Positions 38,347-48,653 of a stretch of 64,000 nucleotides of DNA are shown here, piece by piece. Position 1 is the first letter of the stretch, and each line of letters begins with the position of its first letter. Both the position numbers and the translations under genes were made by a program. The stretch is taken from positions 1 through 64,000 of the forward strand of contig CAXBMO010000025.1 in assembly GCA_963977015.1 (NCBI GenBank), given 5' to 3'. This stretch comes from an uncultured bacterium (GTDB taxonomy: Bacteria > Verrucomicrobiota > Verrucomicrobiia > Verrucomicrobiales > DEV007). The notes beneath the pieces are model-generated. The model made no database searches. It saw only the letters and a program-made list of their open reading frames with translations, and had not been told where the DNA came from.

Positions 38347-40860
38347 TTAAGGAAGAAAACGAAATTCATGGCAATTCAGGAGCGCCCAACGCAGATCGGA
38401 CATCCCGGATACAGCCTCCTCTCCTGCGTTACCGACAATCGCCTTGGCATCGGCAAACTCCTCAGCGGTCGGTTCACGGGTCAGGCATTCCAGATAAACG
38501 TGGTTGATCGCGGCATCGATATTGGCGTTAGGGCCGGTGACCATGTTGTGAAGCGGCTCCAACGTGCCAACGCGGGCAGCTTCGTGAGTCGCCTTGCCAT
38601 TCAGCATCATAAGCTGCTGGCGGAGCGAAGCATTCTGCTCGCGGAACTCGCCCAGTGCAGCCCGGCTCGGTTGGCCAAACACGCGCACAAAGTGATCGGC
38701 CGGTGCCGGTGAAGCCATCCGCATGGTGCTGGAGAAACTGGGATTGTCATCCTTCTCCTCCTGGATGGTTTTGAGCTGATAACGCTGGGGACGACGCCGG
38801 TTCTGCTCGGCCATCATCCGCATCCGCTCCTGCTCGGCTAGCATTGCGTCAGCCTGTGCCTTCATCGAATCCAATTCGGATTCGGTCTTCGCGGCATCCG
38901 AGAGCACTTTTTTGAAGTCGATCTCAATCCCGGACTCCAGATCATAGCCCGCTCCAGCCGATTGCATGTTGTTCATCATGTTGGCGGTCATCCCCATGCT
39001 TGCCGAATCATTTGCCGCCACCTCGAGTGGATCTTCGCTCGTCTCACCGCTGATCGGAATGCGGATTTGTGTCGTCACCAAACGAACGTTCTCGCCCTGA
39101 CGCCACTTGCGCTCAGCCACATGGCCCGCTTGGACCACCGAATCGTAGATGGACTCGCCAATCATTCGGCGAACGGGGCTGGCGGTGAAGTTCTTCGACG
39201 CGATCTCAATCATCGCTGGAGTGGCTTCAGGACCAAGATGACCGCGGCTGTAGGTCTCCGTCAGCATGATCATTTTGATCAAGGTTTTGAGATCGAAGCC
39301 CGAAGCAATGAACTCGCGGCTGATGTATTCGATCGTTTGCGGGTGCTTCAGCGCTTGGAACTCCGAGAAGTTGTCGAGCGGCTCGACAAAACCCTGCCCG
39401 TTCAATTCCGCCCAGATCCGATTCACAAACGACCGGGAGAAATAGGTGTTGCGCGGACTGGTGACCATCCGAGCAACTTCCTGTCGCAGATCGCTCTCTT
39501 TGTGAAGGTCCTTGTAAACGTTCAGGTCTTCGCTCGCCTTTTTCGCCTCGGAAAGGACGTCAAACCCTCCAATTCCCTTGCTGGTCGTATCCAGATCCAG
39601 GAGCGTGTCCAGAGCATCGCCCTCGTCTTTCTTCGCCTCAATTTCGGCCTCAGCCTGGCGAATCGCGTTGAAACGGTTGATGAAATGGGGCGGCGTCTGG
39701 TAGCTCACCAACTCAAACGGGAAACGCGGTTTGACCGGCTCACGACTCGAAGGCTGCTCGCGCTCTGGTGGCCATTGAACTCGCTGCGTTTCTTCCTCGT
39801 CCACTTTGGTGTAAAGAAGACGATCGCGAATCCGGACGTCACGCTGGACGGACTTTCCGAAGAAACTTGCCATCTCGTAAAATTCCATCTGGTTCCAGTC
39901 ATCGAATGGATGGTCGTGACACTGCGCACAGGCCAGGCGAACCCCGAGGAAGATCTGGCTGGTCGCCGCCGCCATGTTCATGGGATCCGCTCCGTCTCCC
40001 AACAGGAAACCGACGGCCGGGTTCTGGGTCGTCCGGCCACTCGCCGAAATCAGCTCGTAGGCCATCTTGTCCCAAGCCACGTTTTCACTCACACATTGAT
40101 GAATCCAGGCCTGCAATTCGCGTCCGCCCCGGGCATTGGAGCGCACCCGAAGCATGTCGGAGTAGAAAACCATCCAGCGATCCGCAAAGCGCTCATCGTT
40201 GAGCAATTTGTCGATCTGTTTCTCACGCCGCTCCGCAGCAGGCCAAGACTGATATTCCCTGATGTCGTCTATCGTTGGGATGATACCGACGAGATCCACC
40301 GTCGCCCGGCGCAAAAACGCCATGTCGTCAATTTGCTCGCCTTTCAACGCTCCGCGCCGCTCATTTTCGTGCTCCAGAACCCTGTCGATGGTCTGCGCGA
40401 CCTCGTGAAGATTCTTTGGAGCCTGATCCGGAAAGACCAGTTCATTCTTCGTCAGCTTTTGTTTGGCCGCCTTGAGCCGAATTCCTTCAGGCCAGGGCGC
40501 ACCCGCAGCGACCCAACGCTTCAGAACATCGATTTGTTCCTGCGGCAAGACTTCGTCCGTCTCTTGCGGCATCACTTCATCGTCAGAAATCGGTAACACA
40601 ATGCGCTCGATCAAGAGACTGTGTTCGGGATCGCCTTCGACCACGGCCGTATCCGTATCGCCTCCTTTCATCATCGCTTCGCGGGAGTGAAGTTGCAGTC
40701 CTCCCTTCTCCTTGCCGGTGCCGTGACATCGTAAACAGGCGGATTCCAGAATGGGTTTCACCTCTTTTTCAAAGTCCGGGCCGGAGGCGGCAGAAGCCAG
40801 GTCGAGAGGGAACAGTGCAACAGTAAAAGCGGCGAACAAAAGTCGTGCGATGCGGTCCAT
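38347..40860 (-). CDS. PSCyt1 cytochrome c + DUF1549/DUF1553 protein
   Basis: DFEKEVKPILESACLRCH...MP...WVAAGAPWP; CAQCHDHPFD; WALLNCHEFRF. Confidence 0.9.
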   Translation of the reverse strand: MDRIARLLFAAFTVALFPLDLASAASGPDFEKEVKPILESACLRCHGTGKEKGGLQLHSREAMMKGGDTDTAVVEGDPEHSLLIERIVLPISDDEVMPQETDEVLPQEQIDVLKRWVAAGAPWPEGIRLKAAKQKLTKNELVFPDQAPKNLHEVAQTIDRVLEHENERRGALKGEQIDDMAFLRRATVDLVGIIPTIDDIREYQSWPAAERREKQIDKLLNDERFADRWMVFYSDMLRVRSNARGGRELQAWIHQCVSENVAWDKMAYELISASGRTTQNPAVGFLLGDGADPMNMAAATSQIFLGVRLACAQCHDHPFDDWNQMEFYEMASFFGKSVQRDVRIRDRLLYTKVDEEETQRVQWPPEREQPSSREPVKPRFPFELVSYQTPPHFINRFNAIRQAEAEIEAKKDEGDALDTLLDLDTTSKGIGGFDVLSEAKKASEDLNVYKDLHKESDLRQEVARMVTSPRNTYFSRSFVNRIWAELNGQGFVEPLDNFSEFQALKHPQTIEYISREFIASGFDLKTLIKMIMLTETYSRGHLGPEATPAMIEIASKNFTASPVRRMIGESIYDSVVQAGHVAERKWRQGENVRLVTTQIRIPISGETSEDPLEVAANDSASMGMTANMMNNMQSAGAGYDLESGIEIDFKKVLSDAAKTESELDSMKAQADAMLAEQERMRMMAEQNRRRPQRYQLKTIQEEKDDNPSFSSTMRMASPAPADHFVRVFGQPSRAALGEFREQNASLRQQLMMLNGKATHEAARVGTLEPLHNMVTGPNANIDAAINHVYLECLTREPTAEEFADAKAIVGNAGEEAVSGMSDLRWALLNCHEFRFLP

Positions 40861-41150
40861 GGGGTTTTGGAGTTGAATGAAGCCAAAACGTTCGGAAAAA
40901 ACATTTGTTAGCGGAGTAAATCCCCAACGCACTTTGGCCTTCATGATCTTGCGTCCGGAAATTCGTAGCGTCAATCTTGAAGTCGATACCTTTCACGAGA
41001 ATGATTTCCTGCCCAAGTTCCGGTTCCAAAGCCTTCCGGACAATTGAACATCAACCTGATCGGCAAAAATCCAGATCGCCATACACCGTATCTTCAAACC
41101 TACCGGGATAACTCTGATCGATTTCTATATCCTAAACCTGAGTGACGGTC

Positions 41151-42551
41151 TTAAGGCCTGAGTTCCTGAATGAAGGATCGGGATTCCTCATCCCAAATTC
41201 GCAGATTCCCCGCAAAATCCCCGGTGATGACCTGTTTGCCATCCCAACCAAATACCGCCTGAATCGGAAGCGCTTCCAGTTCGCGGATCGGGCCGACCGC
41301 ATTCCCATCCGTCTTCCACAAACGAAGCGTCCGATCGCGGCCAACGGTGAGGAAGCGGCCGTCACGGGCGAACGCGAGATCGAGAATCCCGGTTTGGCGC
41401 GTGTAACGTGAGGGCTCCTGCTTGACGGCGTGGGGACTGGCGGTTCGTGTCGGCCAACCGTCTTTCATATCCCAGAGGACGAATTTGCCGTCTTCACCGG
41501 CCGACGCCAGCAGCTGCCCGTCCGCGCGCCAACTCAGGCTCGTGATCCTGACCTTGTGTTCGTCCAACGAGTAGAGAATGCCCGCGGATTCACTCTCCCA
41601 GATGTGAATCCCGCCGTTGCGGTCACCGGTTGCCAGCATCTTGCCGTCCGGGCTGAACCGAACGGCGCTAACCCAGTCAGTGTGCTTGTCGATCGTGTGC
41701 AACTGCTGTCCATTTTCTGCGGAGAAAATCTTCACCTTTTTCGCAGGCGTGCCGATCGCGACGAAGCGGTGATCAGAACTGACGTCGGCAGAAAGCACAA
41801 TATCCTGCTCGTCACCGATCGTGGCTTTTCGCTGGCCGGTTCGCACGTCGAAGACGGCTACCTTTCCAGAATGAGCGCCCTCGCCGCCCGCGGCGACCAG
41901 CAAATCGCCATTCCGCGAAAAGCGCAGGTCATGAACGTCTCCTTCGGGAAACGGCAGAATGCCCAAAAGCGCCCATTCTTCGTTTTCTGCCGGTCTACCA
42001 TAAAGGAGAATCTGCTTGTGTCCGTTCACCGCGATCAGATTCGCCCACGGGCTGCTCGCAAGAGCGAGGATCGGCGGCGCGACCCGAGTTTTGGCCAGCG
42101 GAACTTTGGGCAGATTGGTGGGCATTGCAGGGTTCTCCGGCCGTTCCATCGAACCTGTCGCAAGATCAAACCGAACGTTGCGCAGCTTCGACTTTCCGCC
42201 TTCCGCTTCAAGTAAGCCGCCCCCAATCCACTTGTGAATCAGCGCAATCTGCGCCTCGCCGATCTTCGGTTTCTTTGGCGGCATCGCTTCGACATCTTCG
42301 GCGTGGATGATCGATTCGTAGAGCCAGCTTGTATCCGGAACACCTGCCTTGACGACCTCGCCTCCGGAACTGCCTTTGACCACACCTGAGTAGCTCGTGA
42401 GATCGAGATCGGCCTTCCGTTTGTCAGGATTATGGCAGCCGTTGCAGTGCTGTTTGAAGATCGGGAGGACGTGATCTTCGAAATTCGGCGGCTCGGCCGC
42501 GCCAGCAGCTGCGGCAAGAATCAGGATGAGAAAAAAAATGCGACTCATCAC
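41151..42551 (-). CDS. PSCyt1 cytochrome c + WD40 repeat protein
   Basis: CNGCH...MPP; HTDWVSAVRFSPDG, LASAGEDG...WD. Confidence 0.92.
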   Translation of the reverse strand: MMSRIFFLILILAAAAGAAEPPNFEDHVLPIFKQHCNGCHNPDKRKADLDLTSYSGVVKGSSGGEVVKAGVPDTSWLYESIIHAEDVEAMPPKKPKIGEAQIALIHKWIGGGLLEAEGGKSKLRNVRFDLATGSMERPENPAMPTNLPKVPLAKTRVAPPILALASSPWANLIAVNGHKQILLYGRPAENEEWALLGILPFPEGDVHDLRFSRNGDLLVAAGGEGAHSGKVAVFDVRTGQRKATIGDEQDIVLSADVSSDHRFVAIGTPAKKVKIFSAENGQQLHTIDKHTDWVSAVRFSPDGKMLATGDRNGGIHIWESESAGILYSLDEHKVRITSLSWRADGQLLASAGEDGKFVLWDMKDGWPTRTASPHAVKQEPSRYTRQTGILDLAFARDGRFLTVGRDRTLRLWKTDGNAVGPIRELEALPIQAVFGWDGKQVITGDFAGNLRIWDEESRSFIQELRP

Positions 42552-42554
42552 GGC

Positions 42555-44744
42555 TCAATGGTTAAACATGAATTCACTCGAGTTGAGAAGCCCCCAGAGG
42601 ACGTTGTCGAACGCTTTGTGTCGCGCCTGCCGATCGGCGGATTCCGGAAGCATCTCAAGAATTCCGTTCAACTCCGTTTCGGTCGGCTTGCGGGAAAGCG
42701 CGCGAATGTAGAGCGTTTCGATGATCGGCTCGTTCGTGTCGAATTGGTCCAACAAATTGGGAATCAGCTTGGGATTTCGCTGAAGGGCGTGGTCGATGGT
42801 TTGGCCGTTGATGAGGTGGAGCGCCTGCGAAAGGTTGGCCTCGGTTTTGTCCTCACATGCACACACACTCTCGCGCCGCGCTTGTCCGAACGTCGTGAAA
42901 AAGTACGCATTGAAGTTGTCGCGGCGGCCGCCTTCGAACATCACCAGCGCACGGTCGGCGGAGGATCGGCGGAATCGATGTTTGTAGTCGAGCGCGGCGC
43001 AGAGGCAGTCAAAGAACACGTCGGCGCGCATTCGGCGAAGTTGTGCGTGAGAGAAAAGCGCGTCGTCCTGAGCATTGCTTTGATTGGTGGTGGCTGAGAG
43101 TTGATAAGTTCGCGAAAGGCAGATATCTCGAATCAGCTTTCGTTGATCATAACCATATTCTTCTCCGAGCTTACGTCCCAGCTCATCGAGTAACGCGGCG
43201 TTGCTCGGCGGATTGCTGATGCGGAAATCATCGACCGGCTCCACGATGCCGCGCCCGAAGAAATGTGCCCAGATCCGGTTGGCGATGTTTTCACGGAAGA
43301 GTCGGTTTTCCGGAGAAGTCAGCCACGCGGCCAACACCTTCCGCGCGTCTTTGTCGGCGACGTCCGCGTACTCGCCTCCGAGGAATTTGTGGGCCATCGG
43401 CTGGCCGTCAACCGGGTGAAGTGCAGGCTCAGCATCGACGTCAACGAATGTGAAATACTCTCTGGCTTCCGAGCCGTGCTTGCGGCGAACGCCCATGAAA
43501 AACGATTGGAACGCGTAATAATCTTCGATCGTCCAGCGATCGAATGGGTGGTTGTGGCACTGCGCGCACTGCGTGCGAATGCCCATGAATATCTGCGCCG
43601 TGTCCTCGCTCAAGCGGACCGGATCGACTTTGCCCTGCGGAATCATCGTATAATAGTTCGAAGGCGGGCTGGTTAAATTGGAGCCGTTGCCGCTCAGCAG
43701 TTGCTGGGCGAACTCGTCGATCGGCGTGTTCTCGACCATGTTTTCTCGAACCCACTGGTAGTAATTCCAGCCGGCCTGCATTGCGGTCCCGCGTTCCGGA
43801 TTCGTGTCCGTGAAAATCCGCAACCACTCGCCCCAGCGGGCCGCCCAGACTTCCCCAAACGCGTCGCGCGACATGAGTTCATCAACGAGCTTTCTGCGCT
43901 TGTCAGGATCATCCGATGCAAGAAATCCCGTGTATTCTTCTGGCGTCGGCAACGTGCCAGTAAGATCGATCGTCGCACGCCGGAGGAATTGTTCGTCGCT
44001 GCACAGGTCCGAAGAAAGGATGCGCATGTCTTGAAGTTTCGCAAAGACGAGCGCATCGACGTAGTTGTTCTCTGGCGGATTTGGCCAGACGAATTCGCCC
44101 TCAGGCAACACGGTGATCTCCATCCCAACGGTAAATTTGTCGAACCGCGCGAAAACATGCGCGCCACCAGCTTTCTTCGCCTCAACCACGCCGTCCTCGT
44201 TGATCGGAGCGACGGATTCGTTGTTGCCCATGAACAGGCACCATCGAGTCACGTCGCGCTCCGAACCATCGGCGTAAATCGCCGTCACTTCAGCAGTCAG
44301 CGAACCGCCGGGCCGTTCGAATTTGTGCGTCTCAGCCTGAAAACGGATCCCCGTCGCGAGCGGTGTTTCTTCCAGATCACGCGGAGCGCCCTGGTTGAGC
44401 CAGTCGAGGATGATTTGGTAGGACTCCGAGTCTTTTGCAAAAAGTTCGCCGCCGGTGTGGGAGACAGCGCCGGTCGCTTTTTGAAGAAGAAGACTCCTTT
44501 CAGGCTCCACAAGATTCACCCGCCGCCCGGGATGTTCCTCCATCAATCGAAAGTAGTCACCTTCCGAATCGTAGCCAAAAAGCGATAGCGTAAACCCGTC
44601 CTGGCCGCGGCTCGAGCCATGGCAGTCGCCCGCGTTGCAGCCCGATTTCAGAAAGATCGGCATCACGTCGTTCTTGAAGCTGACAACCTCGGCTTCAGCA
44701 GCTGCTGCCACAAAAAGGAAAATGGAAATGAAGGATGTTTTCAT
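42555..44744 (-). CDS. DUF1549/DUF1553 protein with Ig-like domain
   Basis: SFKNDVMPIF..GCNAGDCHG, CAQCHNHPFD, FFGRGIVEPVDD, WGLLNSSEFMFNH. Confidence 0.92.
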   Translation of the reverse strand: MKTSFISIFLFVAAAAEAEVVSFKNDVMPIFLKSGCNAGDCHGSSRGQDGFTLSLFGYDSEGDYFRLMEEHPGRRVNLVEPERSLLLQKATGAVSHTGGELFAKDSESYQIILDWLNQGAPRDLEETPLATGIRFQAETHKFERPGGSLTAEVTAIYADGSERDVTRWCLFMGNNESVAPINEDGVVEAKKAGGAHVFARFDKFTVGMEITVLPEGEFVWPNPPENNYVDALVFAKLQDMRILSSDLCSDEQFLRRATIDLTGTLPTPEEYTGFLASDDPDKRRKLVDELMSRDAFGEVWAARWGEWLRIFTDTNPERGTAMQAGWNYYQWVRENMVENTPIDEFAQQLLSGNGSNLTSPPSNYYTMIPQGKVDPVRLSEDTAQIFMGIRTQCAQCHNHPFDRWTIEDYYAFQSFFMGVRRKHGSEAREYFTFVDVDAEPALHPVDGQPMAHKFLGGEYADVADKDARKVLAAWLTSPENRLFRENIANRIWAHFFGRGIVEPVDDFRISNPPSNAALLDELGRKLGEEYGYDQRKLIRDICLSRTYQLSATTNQSNAQDDALFSHAQLRRMRADVFFDCLCAALDYKHRFRRSSADRALVMFEGGRRDNFNAYFFTTFGQARRESVCACEDKTEANLSQALHLINGQTIDHALQRNPKLIPNLLDQFDTNEPIIETLYIRALSRKPTETELNGILEMLPESADRQARHKAFDNVLWGLLNSSEFMFNH

Positions 44745-47227
44745 GGTTCGTTTCGCTTCGGGTCAATCCTGAGAACCCCATTGCCCGTCTGCTGGTGGAT
44801 CTCTTGCCCGGCGTCTGTGATCGCGATGTCGCAGGCAAGTTCTTTGTATTGCCCGGTCAGGGCGTCTTCGGCGATGTCCAGTTGGAACCGGACTTCCGTA
44901 TCGCCGGGTTTGATCTTCAGTTCTTCGGCGAGGCTGACCCCGTTCGGAAGTCGCAGAAGACGCGCCGTCGCGACTCCGTTGAATTCCCGAAGCTGCCGAA
45001 TCTCTCCGACAATTTCGCCGCGTTTTCCCTGCTCGATGGCGGCGCGTTGCAGTTCGATTTCAAGATACGGATCCGTCACTTCAACGGCAATGAATGGCGA
45101 AGCAATGTAGTGAAAACCAACGCCGGAGCGCGGGTCGCCGCCTTCGTTTTCGCGAGCGGTGATCGTCAGTCGATACTTGCCCGACTTGGCCTGACTCGTC
45201 GCGGAGATTTTGTAATCACCCACGTCTTCGCCCTCAGCGAGGATCATCGGCGGCTGCTTGGCGACTCCGGCAGGAAGCCAGTCCATTTCCAGGTAGATCG
45301 CGCCGGTGAAATCGTCCTTTCGCCTCACATGAACTTTAAGATCAAGCTCCGCGTTTTTGGCGAGACCGATTTCTGGCTCTTCGATCCAAACGTCGAACGG
45401 AGCTTCTTCCAAAACGGCGAACGCGAGCTTGCGCGTTTTGTTGAACACCGGCGAATAGTCTCCACGCTGAGCATTCGAGGCATGCGTCTGCGCGAAGGCT
45501 CCTGACAATTTTACATTCTCGTCAATCGGACGCGGCGTCAGCTCCAGAACCGCCGTCTGGAGATCGACGTCAACCGGCGCACGGAACGTCGTCATGATCA
45601 CTGGATCGTTCTTCGTGAAAACCGGCCCTTCAAATTCGACGCCTTCCGGCAGACCGCTGATTTCCAAACGCATCGGCCCATCGAACTGCGATCCGAACCC
45701 GTTCAGAATCGCGAAATGCCGCGCCATCGTCGAACCTCGATGAATCGCGATCACGTCGCGAACGATCGTCGACTGCGACGGAGAATCTTGATAGTAAGCG
45801 AACAGACTATCGCGATGCGGCTGGAATTCGACGCGGTAAATGTAGTCCTCGCCAAACTCCCGGCGCGTGTCGGCAACGCCAATCAAGTAATCGCCGTCGG
45901 CGTCCGGCTCGAACATGAAAACTGGATCGAGTCGATCTTTGACCTGATGCCGATAGTGATGACCTTCCCAATCGTGTCCATCCCAGATTGAGTCATCTTC
46001 CTCGTAAACGCGCGTGCTCGAATTGCCTTCCGCGGGCTTGATCCAGACGAACGGATCGAGCTTTGATCCCAACGTCTGCGCGTAAACTCGGACGCGATAG
46101 CGCTCGCCCTTTTTTGCGGAGAATCGATACCAATCCTTCTCGCCTTCGGTCTTGATAATGCCATTCAGCGCAACCGGCAGCTGCTGGCCGATTGATTGCG
46201 GTTCCTCGCCTTCGATCTCCATCACGTTGGGAAACGGCGCGACTTGAATCCGATTCGGCGATGGGATTTCCGGAAGGTCCGCGACGGTGTTCAGTTCGAC
46301 CATCGACTGCTCAAACGGCCCAACGGTTTTCGGTAGCTTCGCCTTCAAAATGCCGCGCGTGCCATCGAGATAGAACACGTCGAGATCGAGTTCCTCGCCA
46401 AGTTGACCGCCTAACGGATACGTAATCGCCGGACGCGCGAAGTCACCGATGTGAAGTCCATAATGAATCCGAGTCCGTTCGACATCCATCATCTGGCTCA
46501 CGGACACAAGGTAGTCGCCGGTCTCCGGCGCGATGAATGAAACCACCGGATCGTGGGCGAACAGCGGCGACCGACCGTTGCGCGCGACGCGTTTTCCAGA
46601 CGGCGAGGTCACTTCGATTTTCATGTCGGTCAGGTCGCCGTAGTGGACCGTGCCGAGCCTTGCGTTAAGGATCTGGCAGGTGCAGCACTGACCTTCGCTG
46701 AGTTTAACGCGGTAGATATCCCAGTCGTTGGCTCGCTCGTTCTGGACCTGATAACCGACGACCGTGGAATTCAGCGGAACCTCCTGCGCATACTCAGGCG
46801 AATCATTTCGGGTCTCGTCCTTGTCCCAAAATGGATGCGCTTCCTGAACGACCGGAAACGGCGTAACCCAAAAACTGAGCAACTCCGACAACTTCTTCCG
46901 CGTTCGCAAGCGCAGATAGTATTCGCCAAGTGCCGCGTCGGGAGCGATCTCGAGATCCAGTTCGATCGCCTTCCCTTCTTCGACATCCATCGGCGTGCCG
47001 AATTGAGGGTGCGGAACGGTCTCAAGCGGACGAATCGCTGTGCAGCGAATCCCCGGCTGATAGAAGAGAACCTCCTCCGCGGTCTGAAGCCGCCAGCCTT
47101 CAATCCGGACGGTCACGTTCGTTCCACGCTGCCCGATCTGCGGCAGGATGAAGGAAGCGGTGTTCGGTTCCTGGGCCCAAATCGTCGGCACGGCCAACAA
47201 CCAAAGAATCAGCGCGATGCGAATCAT
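44741..47227 (-). CDS. PPC (pre-peptidase C-terminal)-domain secreted protein
   Basis: GQRGT.V, YPLGGQ.G, LPVALNG.I...GEKDWYRF, GSKLDP; no catalytic protease domain evident. Confidence 0.8.
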   Translation of the reverse strand: MIRIALILWLLAVPTIWAQEPNTASFILPQIGQRGTNVTVRIEGWRLQTAEEVLFYQPGIRCTAIRPLETVPHPQFGTPMDVEEGKAIELDLEIAPDAALGEYYLRLRTRKKLSELLSFWVTPFPVVQEAHPFWDKDETRNDSPEYAQEVPLNSTVVGYQVQNERANDWDIYRVKLSEGQCCTCQILNARLGTVHYGDLTDMKIEVTSPSGKRVARNGRSPLFAHDPVVSFIAPETGDYLVSVSQMMDVERTRIHYGLHIGDFARPAITYPLGGQLGEELDLDVFYLDGTRGILKAKLPKTVGPFEQSMVELNTVADLPEIPSPNRIQVAPFPNVMEIEGEEPQSIGQQLPVALNGIIKTEGEKDWYRFSAKKGERYRVRVYAQTLGSKLDPFVWIKPAEGNSSTRVYEEDDSIWDGHDWEGHHYRHQVKDRLDPVFMFEPDADGDYLIGVADTRREFGEDYIYRVEFQPHRDSLFAYYQDSPSQSTIVRDVIAIHRGSTMARHFAILNGFGSQFDGPMRLEISGLPEGVEFEGPVFTKNDPVIMTTFRAPVDVDLQTAVLELTPRPIDENVKLSGAFAQTHASNAQRGDYSPVFNKTRKLAFAVLEEAPFDVWIEEPEIGLAKNAELDLKVHVRRKDDFTGAIYLEMDWLPAGVAKQPPMILAEGEDVGDYKISATSQAKSGKYRLTITARENEGGDPRSGVGFHYIASPFIAVEVTDPYLEIELQRAAIEQGKRGEIVGEIRQLREFNGVATARLLRLPNGVSLAEELKIKPGDTEVRFQLDIAEDALTGQYKELACDIAITDAGQEIHQQTGNGVLRIDPKRNEP

Positions 47228-48594
47228 GCGATCAACGCCTCGACGGGTTTGCCTTCATTCACGATCTCGATTGGCCGGTCGCCCGGCGCCATCAGCTCCT
47301 TCTGCGAGTTGATCCCGATCAGTTTGTAGATCGTCGAGTGCAGATCGTGGAGCGGTACAGGATCGTTGGCAGGCGCGCTCGAAGTTGCATCGACCGATCC
47401 GTAAAACTGACCGCGATTCAATCCGCCGCCAGCCATCGCCATCGAGAATACCCGCGACCAGTGATCGCGCCCAGCAGACGCGTTGACCTTCGGCGTGCGG
47501 CCGAATTCGTGCGCCACCCAGATCAACGTGCTGTCGAGCATCCCACGCTCATCGAGGTCGTTGATCAGCGCCGCGATCGCGTGGTCGAACGCCGGCATTT
47601 GGGTTTGATAGACCTCGCGAAGCTGCACATGCGTGTCCCAGCCTGCATAGGTCAGCGATACAAATCGCGCCCCGGCCTCGACCAACCGGCGCGCCAACAA
47701 CATCCGGCCTCCCGCTTCCGAGCCGAATGACTTTCCGTAGGTTCCGCGCTCGAGGAATTTGCCCATCCCGTAGCGCTCCTTCATATTTTCCGGCTCCTGC
47801 GACATGTCGAACGCGTTGCGAACGGCTTCGCTCGAAATCATCGTGTAGGCCTGCTGGTAGTACGAATCCATCGTCTCCAACGCCGCCGGATTCGATTCCA
47901 GTTTGCGGAATTGATCGTTCACCAATTGCCGAATCGCCTTACGATCATCAAACGCCCCGATGTCCACGCCGTTCGGCAAACTGAGATCGCGGACTTGGAA
48001 ACTGTCGCCCTGCGCCGGATCTCCGCCCACGCCGAACGCACCGTATTTGTCGCTGAGATAGCCGGTTCCACCACCCGGCAGATTTTCAACGGTTGGCACG
48101 CCGATGTAGCCCGGCAACCCGTTGCGCGGACCAAACTCATGATTCACCACCGCGCCGACCGACGGATGCTTGATCGCCTGACTCGGCTTCTGTCCGGTGA
48201 TCATGTTGTAGGTCGCCAAACCGTGATCCGGGATGTTGCCGACGACCGAACGCACGACGCACATCTTGTCGGCGATCTTCGCCTGTTCCGGCATCAATTC
48301 GCTGAGGATCACGCCCGGAATTTTCGTCTTCACGAATCCAAACGGCCCGCGGTATTCGAGTGGCGACTCCGGCTGCGGGTTCCACGATTCCTGTGCCGCG
48401 ATCCCGCCTGGCAAAATGATCTGGATGACGCTCTTCGCCGTCCCCTCCTTCGAATCGAACCACTTCTGCGCGGCTTCGACGCGATAGACGTTTCCGAGCG
48501 TGAGCCCCACGCCCGCGAGCGAACCAACGCGTAAAATGTCGCGGCGCGAGCGGCGGTTGGTTTGTTGGAAATCGGAACAGCCAGAGTTTTTCAT
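47224..48594 (-). CDS. DUF1501 family protein (Tat)
   Basis: SRRDILRVG, AKSVIQI.LPGG, LLARRLVEAGARFV, WDTH, EFGRTP, GRDHW. Confidence 0.93.
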   Translation of the reverse strand: MKNSGCSDFQQTNRRSRRDILRVGSLAGVGLTLGNVYRVEAAQKWFDSKEGTAKSVIQIILPGGIAAQESWNPQPESPLEYRGPFGFVKTKIPGVILSELMPEQAKIADKMCVVRSVVGNIPDHGLATYNMITGQKPSQAIKHPSVGAVVNHEFGPRNGLPGYIGVPTVENLPGGGTGYLSDKYGAFGVGGDPAQGDSFQVRDLSLPNGVDIGAFDDRKAIRQLVNDQFRKLESNPAALETMDSYYQQAYTMISSEAVRNAFDMSQEPENMKERYGMGKFLERGTYGKSFGSEAGGRMLLARRLVEAGARFVSLTYAGWDTHVQLREVYQTQMPAFDHAIAALINDLDERGMLDSTLIWVAHEFGRTPKVNASAGRDHWSRVFSMAMAGGGLNRGQFYGSVDATSSAPANDPVPLHDLHSTIYKLIGINSQKELMAPGDRPIEIVNEGKPVEALIA

Positions 48595-48616
48595 CGTGAG
48601 AGTCTGAGTTGGAAAC

Positions 48617-48653
48617 GAATGCGGGAGTTCATGATTTTCTTAGCAGGGATTTC
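48617..48653 (-). promoter_or_regulatory. Putative ECF-sigma target promoter of the DUF1501 operon
   Basis: Minus strand CCCTGCTAAG-N16-GCAT; same 10-mer upstream of the ECF gene at 51361-51395. Confidence 0.55.

Noticed and set aside
40861-41150. Intergenic gap examined for tRNA/ncRNA or a sigma-54 site
   Set aside because: No cloverleaf, recognisable riboswitch or correctly spaced GG-N10-GC found by eye
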